Source: Squalus acanthias (Eukaryota). From it: a stretch of DNA of 64,000 bases. Numbering within the stretch: the stretch's first letter is position 1; the number at the start of each line of letters is the position of its first letter. The stretch spans positions 138,448,001 to 138,512,000 of the forward strand of contig CM059431.1 in NCBI GenBank assembly GCA_030390025.1, given 5' to 3'. The notes below the pieces were generated by a model, which was given only the letters and a program-made list of their open reading frames with translations, was not told the origin of the DNA and ran no database searches. Of this stretch, positions 20,925-32,800 are shown one piece after another. The position numbers and the translations under genes are program-made.

Positions 20925-23900
20925 GGGGGAGGGTGAACAGCCAGAGGTCGTGGATCATATCGGTACCAACGACATAGGTAGGAAGAGGGATGAGGTCCTG
21001 CAGGCAGAGTTTAGGGAGCTAGGAAAGAGGCTAAAAAGCAGGAGCTCAAAGGTAGTAATCTCCGTGAGTACAGAAATAGGAAGATAGAGCAGTGAATGCA
21101 GGGCTGGAGAGATGGTGTATGAGGGAAGGCTTTAAATTCCTGAGGAATTGGAACCGTTTCTGGGGGAGGTGGGTCCTCTACAAACCAGATGGGTTGCACC
21201 TCAACGGGAACGGGATCAATATCAACGCGGGAGGGTTTGCTGGTGTATGTTGGGGAGGGTTTAAACTAGCTTGACAGGAGGATGGGAACCGAAGTATAGA
21301 AAAACTGGAATTGGAAAAGAAAAACGTAGAAAGTACATTGGAAGGACAGAGGAATCAAGGGCTAGATAGTAGTCAACAAGGAGTTTTGCCTTTACTAAAT
21401 GGTATATTATTCAATGCAAGGAGTATAGCGAACAAGGCAGATGAGCTGAGGGCACAGGTAGAGACTTGGGACTATGATATTATAACTATTACAGAGACGT
21501 GGCTGAAAGAGGGGCAGGTATGGCAGCTCAACATTCCTGGTTACAGGATTTTCAGATGGGATAGAGAGAGAGGTAAAAAGAGAAGGGGTTGCGGTATTGA
21601 TTAAAGAAACAAATACAGCTGTGAGGAAGGATATGTTGGAGGGATCATCAAACGAGGCCATATGGGTCGAATTGAAAAACAAAAAAAGGGGAGATCACAC
21701 TGCTGGGAGTGTATTACAGACACCCAAACAGTGAGAGGGAGATAGAAGAACAAATATGTAGACACATTTCTGAGAAGTGAAAAAACTATAGGGCAGTAAT
21801 AATAGGAGATTTCAACTATCCCAATATTCACTGGAATAAAATTAGTGTGAAGGGTATAGAGGGTGCAGAATTCCTAAAATGCATCCAGGAAATCTTTTTT
21901 AGCCAATATGTAGCAAGCCCAGCAAGGGAGGGGGCGGTTCTGGACTTGGTTTTAGGGAATGAAGCTGGGCAGGTAGAAGGCGTATCAGTGGGGGAGCATT
22001 TTGGTGCTAGTGACCATAATTCTGTTAGATTTAAGGTAGTTATGGAAAAGGACAAGGATAGACCAGGAATAAAAATTCTAAATTGTGGAAAAGCAAATTT
22101 TGCTTAGCTCAGAGGGGATTTAGCCATAGTGGACTGGAAGCAGCTACATGAAGGTAAATCAGTGTCAGAGTAGTGGGAGGCATTCAAGGAGGAGATCCGA
22201 AGGGTTCAGACCAAATATGTGCCCTTAAAGAAAAAAGGTGGGACTAACAAATCTTGATCCCCCTGGATGTCCAGGGACATACAGGGTAGGATAAAGAAAG
22301 ATACCGAGGGCGAAATACTGCAGAATCTTTAGAGGAGTACAGAAAATGCAGGGGTGCAATTACAAAAGGATTTTATGAAAGCAATAAGAGAGCATGAAAA
22401 ATTCTTGGCAAGTAAAATCAAGGGAAACCCAAAGATGTTTTATAAATATATTAAGAGTAAGAGGATAACTAAAGAAAGGGTGGTGCCTAGTCGAGATCAT
22501 TAGGGTAATCTGTGTGTGGATGCGGGAGACGTTGGAGGGGTGCTTAATGAATATTTTGCATCTGTTTTCACAAAGGAGAGGGGCGAAGCAGACATTGCTA
22601 TCGGGGAGGAGCAGTGTGAAATATTACAAGAAATAAACATAGTGAGAGAGGAAGTATGAAGGGGTTTAGCAGCTTTAAAAGTGGATAAATCCCCAGGCCC
22701 AGATGAAATGTATCCCAGGCTGTTAAGCGAAGGAAAAGAGGAAATAGCAGAGGCCCAGACCATCATTTTTCAATCCTCTTTGGCTACAGGTGTGGTGCCG
22801 GAGGACTGCTAATGTGGTACCCTTGTTTAAAAAGGGTGAAAAGGATAGACCGAGTAACTATAGTCCAGTCAGCCTAACCTCGGTGGTGGGAAAATTATTG
22901 GAAAGAATTTTGAAGGACAGGATAAATCTTCATTCAGAAAGACACGGATTAATCAAGGATAGTCAGCACGGATTTGTTAAGGGAAGGTCGTGTCTGACAA
23001 ACATGATTGAATTTTTTGAGGAGGTAACAAGGAGGGTAGATGAGGGTAGTGCTTTTGATGTCGTTTACATGGACTTTAGCAAGGCTTTTGATAAGATTCC
23101 ACATGGCAGACTGGTCACGAAGTTAAAAGCCCATGGGATCCAGGGCAAAGTTTCAAGTTGGATTCAAGAGTGGCTCGGAGACAGGAAGCAGAGGGTAATG
23201 GTTGATGGGTGTTTTGTGACTGGAAGGCTGTTTCCAGTGGGGTTCCACAGGGATCAGTACTAGGTCCCTTGCTTTTTGTGGTATATATCAATGATCTAGA
23301 CTTGAATATAGGGGATATGATTAAGAAGTTTGCAGATGATACTAAAATCGTTTGTGTGGTTGATACTGAAGAAGGAAGCTGTAGACTGCAGGAAGATATC
23401 AATAAATTGGTCAGGTGGGCAGAATAGTGGCAAATGGAATTCAATCAGAAGTGTGAGGTAATGGGCCGAAAATTGATCCCGGGACGCGAGAGTACGCACT
23501 GCGTACTCTCGCGTATTCCCACTCCAATTGCCGGTTTTCTGCATGCCCTGCGCATGCGCTGAAAACCGGCAATTGCTCTTCTGAAAAGGGGGTGGGGCCT
23601 GGGTGCATCGCGTGCGCGCTACAGGCTGCGCGCACGCTGTGCACTTCATGCTTTGGACGCGCAGGTAAGTAGGGAAGATTTTGGAAATGTAAAAAGGAGG
23701 AGGAAGACCCGCTTTTAAGAAGGTAAGTAGTGAATTAAGTATTTTTTTGAATTTTTTTTTACAGGTATATCTTTTTTAGAGACTTTAAAGACAGGTAAGT
23801 TTATTTTTATAACTTTTTAAAAGATTTTAAATTTTTTTAAAAATTTAATTTTTTATTTAAAATGGTTAATTTAATTAACTATACTTATTTTATTAATGTG

Positions 23901-25001
23901 ATGGTTTTTTTTTTAAATTTAATTGAGGTTTAGCTGTTATTTTGGGGGGGTGTAAGATTCATAGATTTCACAGCCATGCTGTGAGACTTATGAATGGAAG
24001 ATGGTGTGCTGCCATTGGCTCTAACTGAGTCACGTGATCCCAGAGCTCGCACGAATTCACTACGCCGCTGGGATACGCAAGCCCAGCACAGCTGATGTCT
24101 GGAACATCAAGTTCGTGCGAGCTGGATCTGAAAAAGCACAAGCGAGGTGAGACATCGCGGGGAAGGCTTACCCCCGTGGGAACAGAGCGAGATCAATTTC
24201 TGGGCCAATGATTTTGGGGAGGGCTAACACGGAAAGGGAATACACATTAAATGGTAGGACACTGAGTAGCGTAGAGGAACAAAGAGATACGGAGTGCATG
24301 TCCACAGATCTCTGAATGTAGCAAGCCAGGTCGATAAGGTGGTTAAGAATGCATATGGAATGCTTGCCTTTATTAGCCGTGGCATAGAATACAAGAGCAG
24401 GGGGGTTATGCATCAACTGTATAAAACACTAGTTAGGCCTCAGCTAGAGTACTGCGTGCAGTTCTGGTCACCACATTACAGGAAAGATGTGATTGCACTA
24501 GAGAGGGTACAGAAGAGATTTACAAGGTTGTTGCCGGGAGTAGAGAATTTTAGCTATGAGGAAAGACTGTATAGGCTGGGTCTCTATTCCTTGGAACAGA
24601 GGAGGCTGAGGGGAGACCTTATTGAGGTGTATAAAATTATGAGGGACATAGATAAAGTGAATTGAAAGGACCTATTTCCCTTAGCAGAAGGATCAAAAAT
24701 CAGGGGGCACAGATTTAAAGTAATTTGTGGAAGGTTTAGAGGGGATTTGAGGGGAAATGTCTTCACCCAGAAGGTTGTGGGGGTATGGAACTCGCTGCCT
24801 GAAAGGGTGGTAGAGGCAGGAAATCTAACCACATTTAAAAAGTACTTGGATGTGCACTTGGGATGCTCTAACCTGCAGGGCTACGGACCAAGAGCTGTGA
24901 AGTGGGATTAGATTGGATAGCTCTTTGTTGGCCGGGGCAGACACAATGGGTCGAAATGGCCTCCTTCCGTGCTGTAACTTTCTATGACTCTATGATTCTA
25001 T
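20925..25001 (+). mobile_element. CR1 LINE Y: ORF1 SGNH esterase C-terminus, APE endonuclease, RT and 3' tail; degenerate
   Basis: HIGTNDIG and DGLHLN (esterase); NARSIANKADEL, ITETWL, GDFNYP, SDHN (endonuclease); YMDFSKAFDK, PQGSVLGP, KFADDTK (RT); tail ttctatgactctatgattctat. Confidence 0.93.
23463..24206 (-). mobile_element. Harbinger-type MITE, copy C (744 bp), inverted, inserted in CR1 Y
   Basis: TIRs GGGCCGAAAATTGATC / GATCAATTTCTGGGCC with AAT duplication. Removing it restores the CR1 sequence gtgtgaggtaatgattttggg. Confidence 0.92.
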
Positions 25002-25518
25002 GTCCAATTCTGGTCACCACACTTTAGGAAGGATGTGTACGCCTTAGTGAGGGTGCAGAAAAGATTTACAAGAATGGTTCCAGGGATGAGGCACTTCAGT
25101 TACGTGGATAGGCTGTAGAGGCTGGGCTTGTTCTCCTTACAGCAGAAAAGATTGAGAGGAAATTTGATAGAGGTGTTCAAAATCATGAGGGATCTATACA
25201 GAGTAGATAGAGAGAAACTGTTCCCATTGGCGGAAGGGTTGAGAACCGAAGGAGACAGATGTAAGGTGATTGGCAGAAGAACCAAAGGTGATGTGAGGGG
25301 AAAGTTTTTACGCAGCGAGTGGTTATGACCTGGATTGCACTGCCTGAATGTGTGGTGGAGGCAGATTCAATCGTGTCTTTCAAAAGAGAAATCGATAAAT
25401 ATCTGATGGAAAGAAATGCAGGGCTACAGGGAAAGGGTGGAGGAGTGGGACTAGCTAAAATGCTCGTGAAGAGATTCGGCACAGGTTCGTCAGTCCGACT
25501 GTAACCATTCTATTATTC
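25002..25518 (+). mobile_element. CR1 LINE X, 3' part
   Basis: Resumes with gtccaattctggtcaccacactttagg (VQFWSPHFR), the expected continuation of RPQL at 20920; ends near gtaaccattctattattc. Confidence 0.85.
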
Positions 25519-25569
25519 AACAGGTTAATCCCAGTATATAGGGAAAGTTCATCACTTTCTGGGGAGAGG

Positions 25570-25745
25570 GGTTATCCCCAGACAAGGTATACACACGGGG
25601 GGTTGAAGCACGTAAGTGATGGAAAGGATGTCCCCAGACAAGGAATCCAAACAGGGGTGTTTAGAGCAAGGGAGGGAGCGAGAGGATGTACCAGACAAGG
25701 AATACAGACAGGGGGGTTTGGAGCAGGGGAGGGAGCGAGAGGAGA
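25570..25745. repeat. Short degenerate tandem repeat (ccagacaaggaatacagacaggggg...), ~3 copies
   Basis: ccagacaagg recurs at ~25577, 25634 and 25691, about a 57-nt period. Confidence 0.6.
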
Positions 25746-26112
25746 GGATGGGGTTGGAGCCCGTCCAATGTCACACTGGCTCCTTCCAGCCCTGTCTGCA
25801 TGGTTTGGTGTGAGCTGTGGCTAGAATTGATCTGTTTCCCTGGGCGCTTTTCTTGGCCCAGCCCTGTGTAGGGCCTGTGGTGAGATCAGTGTTTATTACT
25901 ATATCAAACTGCACTAATATTCACAACAAATCCTGATGTTTCAAAGCAACACACAGGTCCCTGGAATGTACCTGGACAAAGCAGTCCGGTCCTGGAAAGC
26001 ATTAGCCCGGATTGACATGAGAGTGGGCAGCAATATAGGATGTGCAAGAGCGATAAACCAAAATGTGAAAGGCTCAAGCGAAGACCTCCAGCCTGCAGTC
26101 TACAAAACGCTC

Positions 26113-26520
26113 ACCTGGGTGGGTGGGTCCCAGGACGGATAGGTCCCAGTGTGGGTCGTTTCGCGGATGGTGGGTCCCAGTGTGAGGTGTGGTTTGGTTG
26201 GTAGGTCATTGGGCATGTCTTTATGTGGGCTGATCTCTGTGTGGGTGTGTCTCTAGGTCGGTGGATCTCTGCGTGGGGTATGTCTCGATTGGTAGGTCGC
26301 TGGGTGTGTAGGTCTCTGGGCGGGTTGTGTTTGGGTGGGTGGATCCCAGGGTGGGTTGTGTCTCGATTGGTAGGTCCCTGGGTAACTGAGTCTCTGGGTG
26401 GGGTGCTGTTTGAGTGGATGGGACCCAGGGTGGGTTGTGTCTCGATTGCTGAGTCCCTGGGTGGGTGGATCTCTGGATGGGGTGGTGCCTGGATGGGTGT
26501 GTCCCAGGGTGGGGTCCCCA
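26113..26520. repeat. G/T-rich degenerate minisatellite (gggtgggtggatcccagggtgggttgtgtctcgattggtaggtc)
   Basis: Repeated gggtggg, tgtctcgatt and ggtaggtc blocks with strong G/C strand skew. Confidence 0.8.
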
Positions 26521-26858
26521 AAGGTAGCTGATTCCCAATCCAAACCGGCCCCCATCTCTGGTGGAAAAAAAACTCTCAGTCTAGCTTCCCTTGTGTGTCC
26601 AAAACGTCTTTCTTGTGTCTCAATCTTTTACGCTTCAGTTTCTCCGGTTTATAACTGGGAATGGTTTGTAAATGGTGTTGCTGCGACATTGTCCGTATAA
26701 CTGAGTGAGAGAGAGGGAGTCCAGGACTCGTGCTGTGTCTTAACTAATTGTACTTTGTTTTAATCAATTTATTTTCACTCTCTCTCCTGAGGATATTTTT
26801 TAAAACTGCAACAAGTTTCTGGGAAAGAAAGTTTTGGGCAAGAGGAATGTTTGGACAA

Positions 26859-29800
26859 GACCCTCCTCCAGAGGAGACTGACCGAGACCTCCTCCAGAGG
26901 GGACTGACCGAGACCTCCTCCAGAGGGGGCTGAACGAGACCTCTTCCAGAGGAGACTGACTGGGAGCTCCTCCAGAGGGGACTGACCGAGACCTCCTCCA
27001 GAGACTGACCAAGACTTCCTCCAGAGGAGACTGACCGAGACCTCCTCCAGAGACTGACCGAGACCTCCTCCAGAGACTGACCGAGACCTCCTCCAGAGGA
27101 GACTGACCGAGACCTCCTCCAGAGAAGACTGACCGAGACCTCCTCCAGAGGGGACAGACCGAGACCTCCTGCAGAGGGGACTGACCGAGACCTCCTCCAG
27201 AGACGACTGACCGAGACCTCCTCCAGAGATGACTGACCGAGACCTCCTCCAGAGACTGACCGAGACCTCCTCCAGAGACTGACCGAGACCTCCTCCAGAG
27301 GGGACTGACCGAGACCTCGCCAGAGACTGACCGAGACCTCCTCCAGAGACTGACCGAGACCTCCTCCAGAGGGGACTGACCGAGACCTCCTCCAGAGGAG
27401 ACTGACCGAGACCTCCTCCAGAGGAGACTGACCGAGACCTCCTCCAGAGGGGACTGACCGAGACCTCCTCCAGAGGAGACTGACCGAGACCTCCTCCAGA
27501 AAATGACCGAGACCTCCTCCAGAGACTGACCGAAACCTCCTCCAGAGACTGACCGAGACCTCCTCCAGAGGAGACTGACCGAGACCTCCTTCAGAGACTG
27601 ACCGAGACCTCCTTCAGAGACTGACCGAGATCTCCTCCAGAAACTGACCAAGACCTCCTCCAGAGGTGACTGACCGAGATCTCCTCCAGAGGAGACTGAC
27701 CGAGACCTCCTCCAGAGGAGACTGACCGAGACCTCCTCCAGAGGGGACTGACCGAGACCTCGTCCAGAGGAGACTGACCGAGACATCCTCCAGAGACTGA
27801 CCGAGACCTCCACAGAGGAGGCTGACCGAGACCTCCTCCAGAGGAGACTGACCGAGACCTCCTCCAGAGACTGACCGAGACCTCCTCCAGAGGGGACTGT
27901 CCGAGACCTCCTTCAGAGACTGACCGAGACCTCCTCCAGAGACTGACCAATAGCTCCTCCAGAGGAGACTGACCGAGACAACCTCCAGAGACGGACCGAG
28001 ACCTCCTCCAGAGGAGACTGACCGAGACCTCCTCCAGAGGAGACTGACCGAGACCTCCTCCAGAGGAGACTGACCGAGACCTCCTCCAAAGGAGACTGAC
28101 CGAAACCTTCTCCAGAGACTGACCGAGACCTCCTCCAGAGGGGACTGACCGAGACCTCCTCCAGAGGAGACTGACCGAGACCTCCTCCAGAGACTGACCG
28201 AGACCTCCTCCAGAGGAGGCTGACCGAGACCTCCTCCAGAGACTGACCGAGACCTCCTCCAGAGGAGGCTGACCGAGACCTCCTCCAGAGGGGACTGAAC
28301 GAGACCTCCTCCAGAGACTGACCGAGACCTCCTCCAGAGGGGACTGACCGAGACCTCCTCCAGAGGGGACTGAACGAGACCTCCTCCAGAGACTGACCGA
28401 GACCTCCTCCAGAGATTGACCGAGACCTCCTCCAGAGGAGACTGACCGAGACCTCCTCCAGAGACTGACCGAGACCTCCTCCAGAGGGGACTGACCGAGA
28501 CCTCCTTCAGAGACTGACCGAGATCTCCTCCAGAGGAGACTGACCGAGACCTCCTCCAGAGACTGACCGAGACCTCCTCCAGAGGGGACTGACCGAGACC
28601 TCCTCCAGAGACTGACCGAGATCTCCTCCAGAGGAGACTGACCGAGACCTCCTCCAGAGACTGACCGAGACCTCCTCCAGAGGGGACTGACCGAGACCTC
28701 CTTCAGAGACTGAACGAGACCTCCTCCAGAGACTGACCGATACCTCCTCCAGAGGGAACTCACCGAGACAACCTCCAGAGACTGACCGAGACCTCCTCCA
28801 GAGGAGACTGACCGAGACCTCCTCCAGAGGAGACTGACCGAGACCTCCTCCAGAGGAGACTGACCGAGACCTCCTCCAGAGGAGACTGACCGAGACCTCC
28901 TACAGAGGGGACTGACCGAGACCTCCTCCAGAGGAGACTGACCGAGACCTCCTCCAGAGACTGACCGAGACCTCCTCCAGAGACTGACCGAGACCTCCTC
29001 CAGAGACTGACCGAGACCTCCTCCAGAGGGGACTGACCGAGACCTCCTTCAGAGACTGACCGAGACCTCCTCCAGAGACTGACCGAGATCTCCTCCAGAA
29101 ACTGACCGAGACCTCCTCCAGAGGAGACTGACCGAGACCTCCTCCAGAGGAGACTGACCGAGACCTCCTCCAGAGGAGACTGACCGAGACCTCCTCCAGA
29201 GGAGACTGACCGAGACCTCCTCCAGAGACTGACCGAGACCTCCACAGAGGAGGCTGACCGAGACATCCTCCAGAGGAGACTGACCGAGACCTCCTTCAGA
29301 GACTGACCGAGACCTCCTCCAGAGACTGACCGATACCTCCTCCAGAGGAGACTGACCGAGACAACCTCCAGAGACTGACCGAGACCTCCTCCAGAGGAGA
29401 CTGACCGAGACCTCCTCCAGAGGAGACTGACCGAGACCTCCTCCAGAGGAGACTGACCGAGACCTCCTCCAGAGGAGACTGACCGAAACCTTCTCCAGAG
29501 ACTGACCGAAACTTTCTCCAGAGACTGACCGAGACCTCCTCCAGAGACTGACCGAGACCTCCTCCAGAGGAGACTGACCGAGATCTCCTCCAGAGGGGAC
29601 TGACCGAGACCTCCTTCAGAGACTGAACGAGACCTCCTCCAGAGACTGACCGATACCTCCTCCAGAGGGAACTGACCGAGACAACCTCCAGAGACTGACC
29701 GAGACCTCCTCCAGAGGAGACTGACCGAGACCTCCTCCAGAGGAGACTGACCGAGACCTCCTCCAGAGGAGACTGACCGAGACCTTCTCCAGAGACTGAC

Positions 29801-32800
29801 CGAGACCTCCTCCAGAGACTGACCGAGACCTCCACCAGAGGGGACTGACCGAGACCTCCTGCAGAGGAGACTGACCGAGACCTTCTCGAGAGACTGACCG
29901 AGACCTCCTCCAGAGACTGACCGAGACCTCCTCCAGAGGAGACTGACCGAGACCTCCTCCAGACGAGAGTGGCCGAGACCTCCTCCAGTGACTGACTGAG
30001 ACCTGCTCCAGAGGAGGCTGACCGAGACCTCCTCCAGAGGTGACTGACCGAGACCTCCTCCAGAGGTGACTGACCGAGACCTCCTCCAGACGAGAGTGAC
30101 CGAGACCTCCTCCAGAGACTGACCGAGACCTCCTCCAGAGACTGACCGAGACCTCCTCCAGAGGAGACTGACCGAGAAATCTTCCAGAGGAGACTGACCG
30201 AGACCTCCTCCAGAGACTGACCGAGACCTCCTCCAGAGGGGACTGACCGAGACCTCCTTCAGAGACTGACCGAGACATCCTCCAGAGACTGACCGATACC
30301 TCCTCCAGAGGAGACTGACCGAGACAACCTCCAGAGACTGACCGAGACCTCCTCCAGAGGAGACTGACCGAGACCTCCTCCAGAGGAGACTGACCGAGAC
30401 CTCCTCCAGAGGAGACTGACCGAGACCTCCTCCAGAGGAGACTGACAGAGAACTTCTCCAGAGACTGACCGAGACCTCCTCCAGAGACTGACCGAGACCT
30501 CCTCCAGAGGCGACTGACCGAGACCTCCTCCAGAGACTGACCGAGACCTCCTCCAGAGGAGACTGACCGAGACCTCCTCCAGAGGAGACTGACCGAGACC
30601 TCCTCCAGAGGAGACTGACCGAGACCTCCTCCAGAGGAGACTGACCGAGACCTCCTCCAGAGCAGACTGACCGAGACCTCCTCCAGAGGAGACTGACCGA
30701 GACCTCCTCCAGAGGAGACTGACCGAGACCTCCTCCAGAGGAGACTGACCGAGACCTCCTCCAGAGGAGACTGACCGAGACCTCCTCCAGAGACTGACTG
30801 AGACCTCCTCCAGAGGGGACTGACCGAGACCTCCTCCAGAGACTTACTCAGACCTCCTCCAGAGGAGACTGACTGAGACCTCCTCCAGAGGGGACTGACC
30901 AAGACCTCCTCCAGAGACTGACCGAGACCTCCTCCAGAGACTGACCCAGACATCCACCAGAGGGGACTGACCGAGACCTCCTCCAGAGACTGACCGAGAC
31001 CTCCTCCAGAGGGGACTGACCGAGACCTCCTCCAGAGACTGACCGAGACCTCCCCCAGAGGGCACTGACCGAGACCTCCTCCAGAGGGAACTGACCGAGA
31101 CCTCCTGCAGAGGAGACTGACTGAGACCTCCTCCAGAGGGGACTGACCGAGACCTCCTCCAGAGGAGACTGACCGAGACCTCCTCCAGAGGAGACTGACC
31201 GAGACCTCCTCCAGAGACTGACCGAGATCTCCTCCAGAGGGGACTGACCGAGACCTCCTTCAGAGACTGACCGAGACCTCCTCCAGAGACTGACCGATAC
31301 CTCCTCCAGAGACTGACCGATACCTCCTCCAGAGGAGACTGACCGAGACAACCTCCAGAGACTGACCGAAACCTTCTCCAGAGGAGACTGACCGAGACCT
31401 CCTCCAGAGGAGACTGACCGAGGCCTCCTCCAGAGGCGACTGACCGAGACCTTCTCCAGAGACTGACCGAGACCTCCTCCAGAGACTTTCCGAGACCTCC
31501 TCCAGAGGGGAATGACCGAGACCTCCTCCAGAGGAGACTGACCGAGAACTCCTCCAGAGGAGACTGACCGAGACCTCCTCCAGAGGGGACTGACCGAGAC
31601 CTCCTCCAGAGGAGACTGACCGAGACCTCCTCCAGACGAGAGTGACCGAGACCTCCTCCGGTGACTGACTGAGACCTGCTCCAGAGGAGTCTGACCGAGA
31701 CCTCCTCCAGAGGTGACTGACCGAGACCTCCTCCAGAGGTGACTGACCGAGACCTCCTCCAGACGAGAGTGACCGAGACCTCCTTCAGAGACTGACCGAG
31801 ACCTCCTCCAGAGACTGACCGAGACCTCCTCCAGAGGAGACTGACCGAGAAATCTTCCAGAGGAGACTGACCGAGACCTCCTCCAGAGACTGACCGAGAC
31901 CTCCTCCAGAGGGGACTGACCGAGACCTCCTTCAGAGACTGACCGAGACCTCCTCCAGAGACTGACCGATACCTCCTCCAGAGGAGACTGACCGAGACAA
32001 CCTCCAGAGACTGACCGAGACCTCCTCCAGAGGAGACTGACCGAGACCTCCTCCAGAGGAGACTGACCGAGACCTCCTCCAGAGGAGACTGACCGAGACC
32101 TCCTCCAGAGGAGACTGACAGAGACCTTCTCCAGAGACTGACCGAGACCTCCTCCAGAGACTGACCGAGACCTCCTCCAGAGGCGACTGACCGAGACCTC
32201 CTCCAGAGACTGACCGAGACCTCCTCCAGAGGAGACTGACCGAGACCTCCTCCAGAGGAGACTGACCGAGACCTCCTCCAGAGGAGACTGACCGAGACCT
32301 CCTCCAGAGGAGACTGACCGAGACCTCCTCCAGAGGAGACTGACCGAGACCTCCTCCAGAGGAGACTGACCGAGACCTCCTCCAGAGGAGACTGACCGAG
32401 ACCTCCTCCAGAGGAGACTGACCGAGACCTCCTCCAGAGGAGACTGACCGAGACCTCCTCCAGAGGAGACTGACCGAGACCTCCTCCACAGGAGACTGAC
32501 CGAGACCTCCTCCAGAGACTGACTGAGACCTCCTCCAGAGGGGACTGACCGAGACCTCCTCCAGAGACTTACTCAGACCTCCTCCAGAGGAGACTGACTG
32601 AGACCTCCTCCAGAGGGGACTGACCGAGACCTCCTCCAGAGACTGACCCAGACATCCACCAGAGGGGACTGACCGAGACCTCCTCCAGAGACTGACCGAG
32701 ACCTCCTCCAGAGGGGACTGACCGAGACCTCCTCCAGAGACTGACCGAGACCTCCCCCAGAGGGCACTGACCGAGACCTCCTCCAGAGGGAACTGACCGA

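Noticed and set aside
26111..26700. Pro/His/Thr-rich and Gly/Trp-rich ORFs
   Set aside because: Translations of a G/T-skewed minisatellite.
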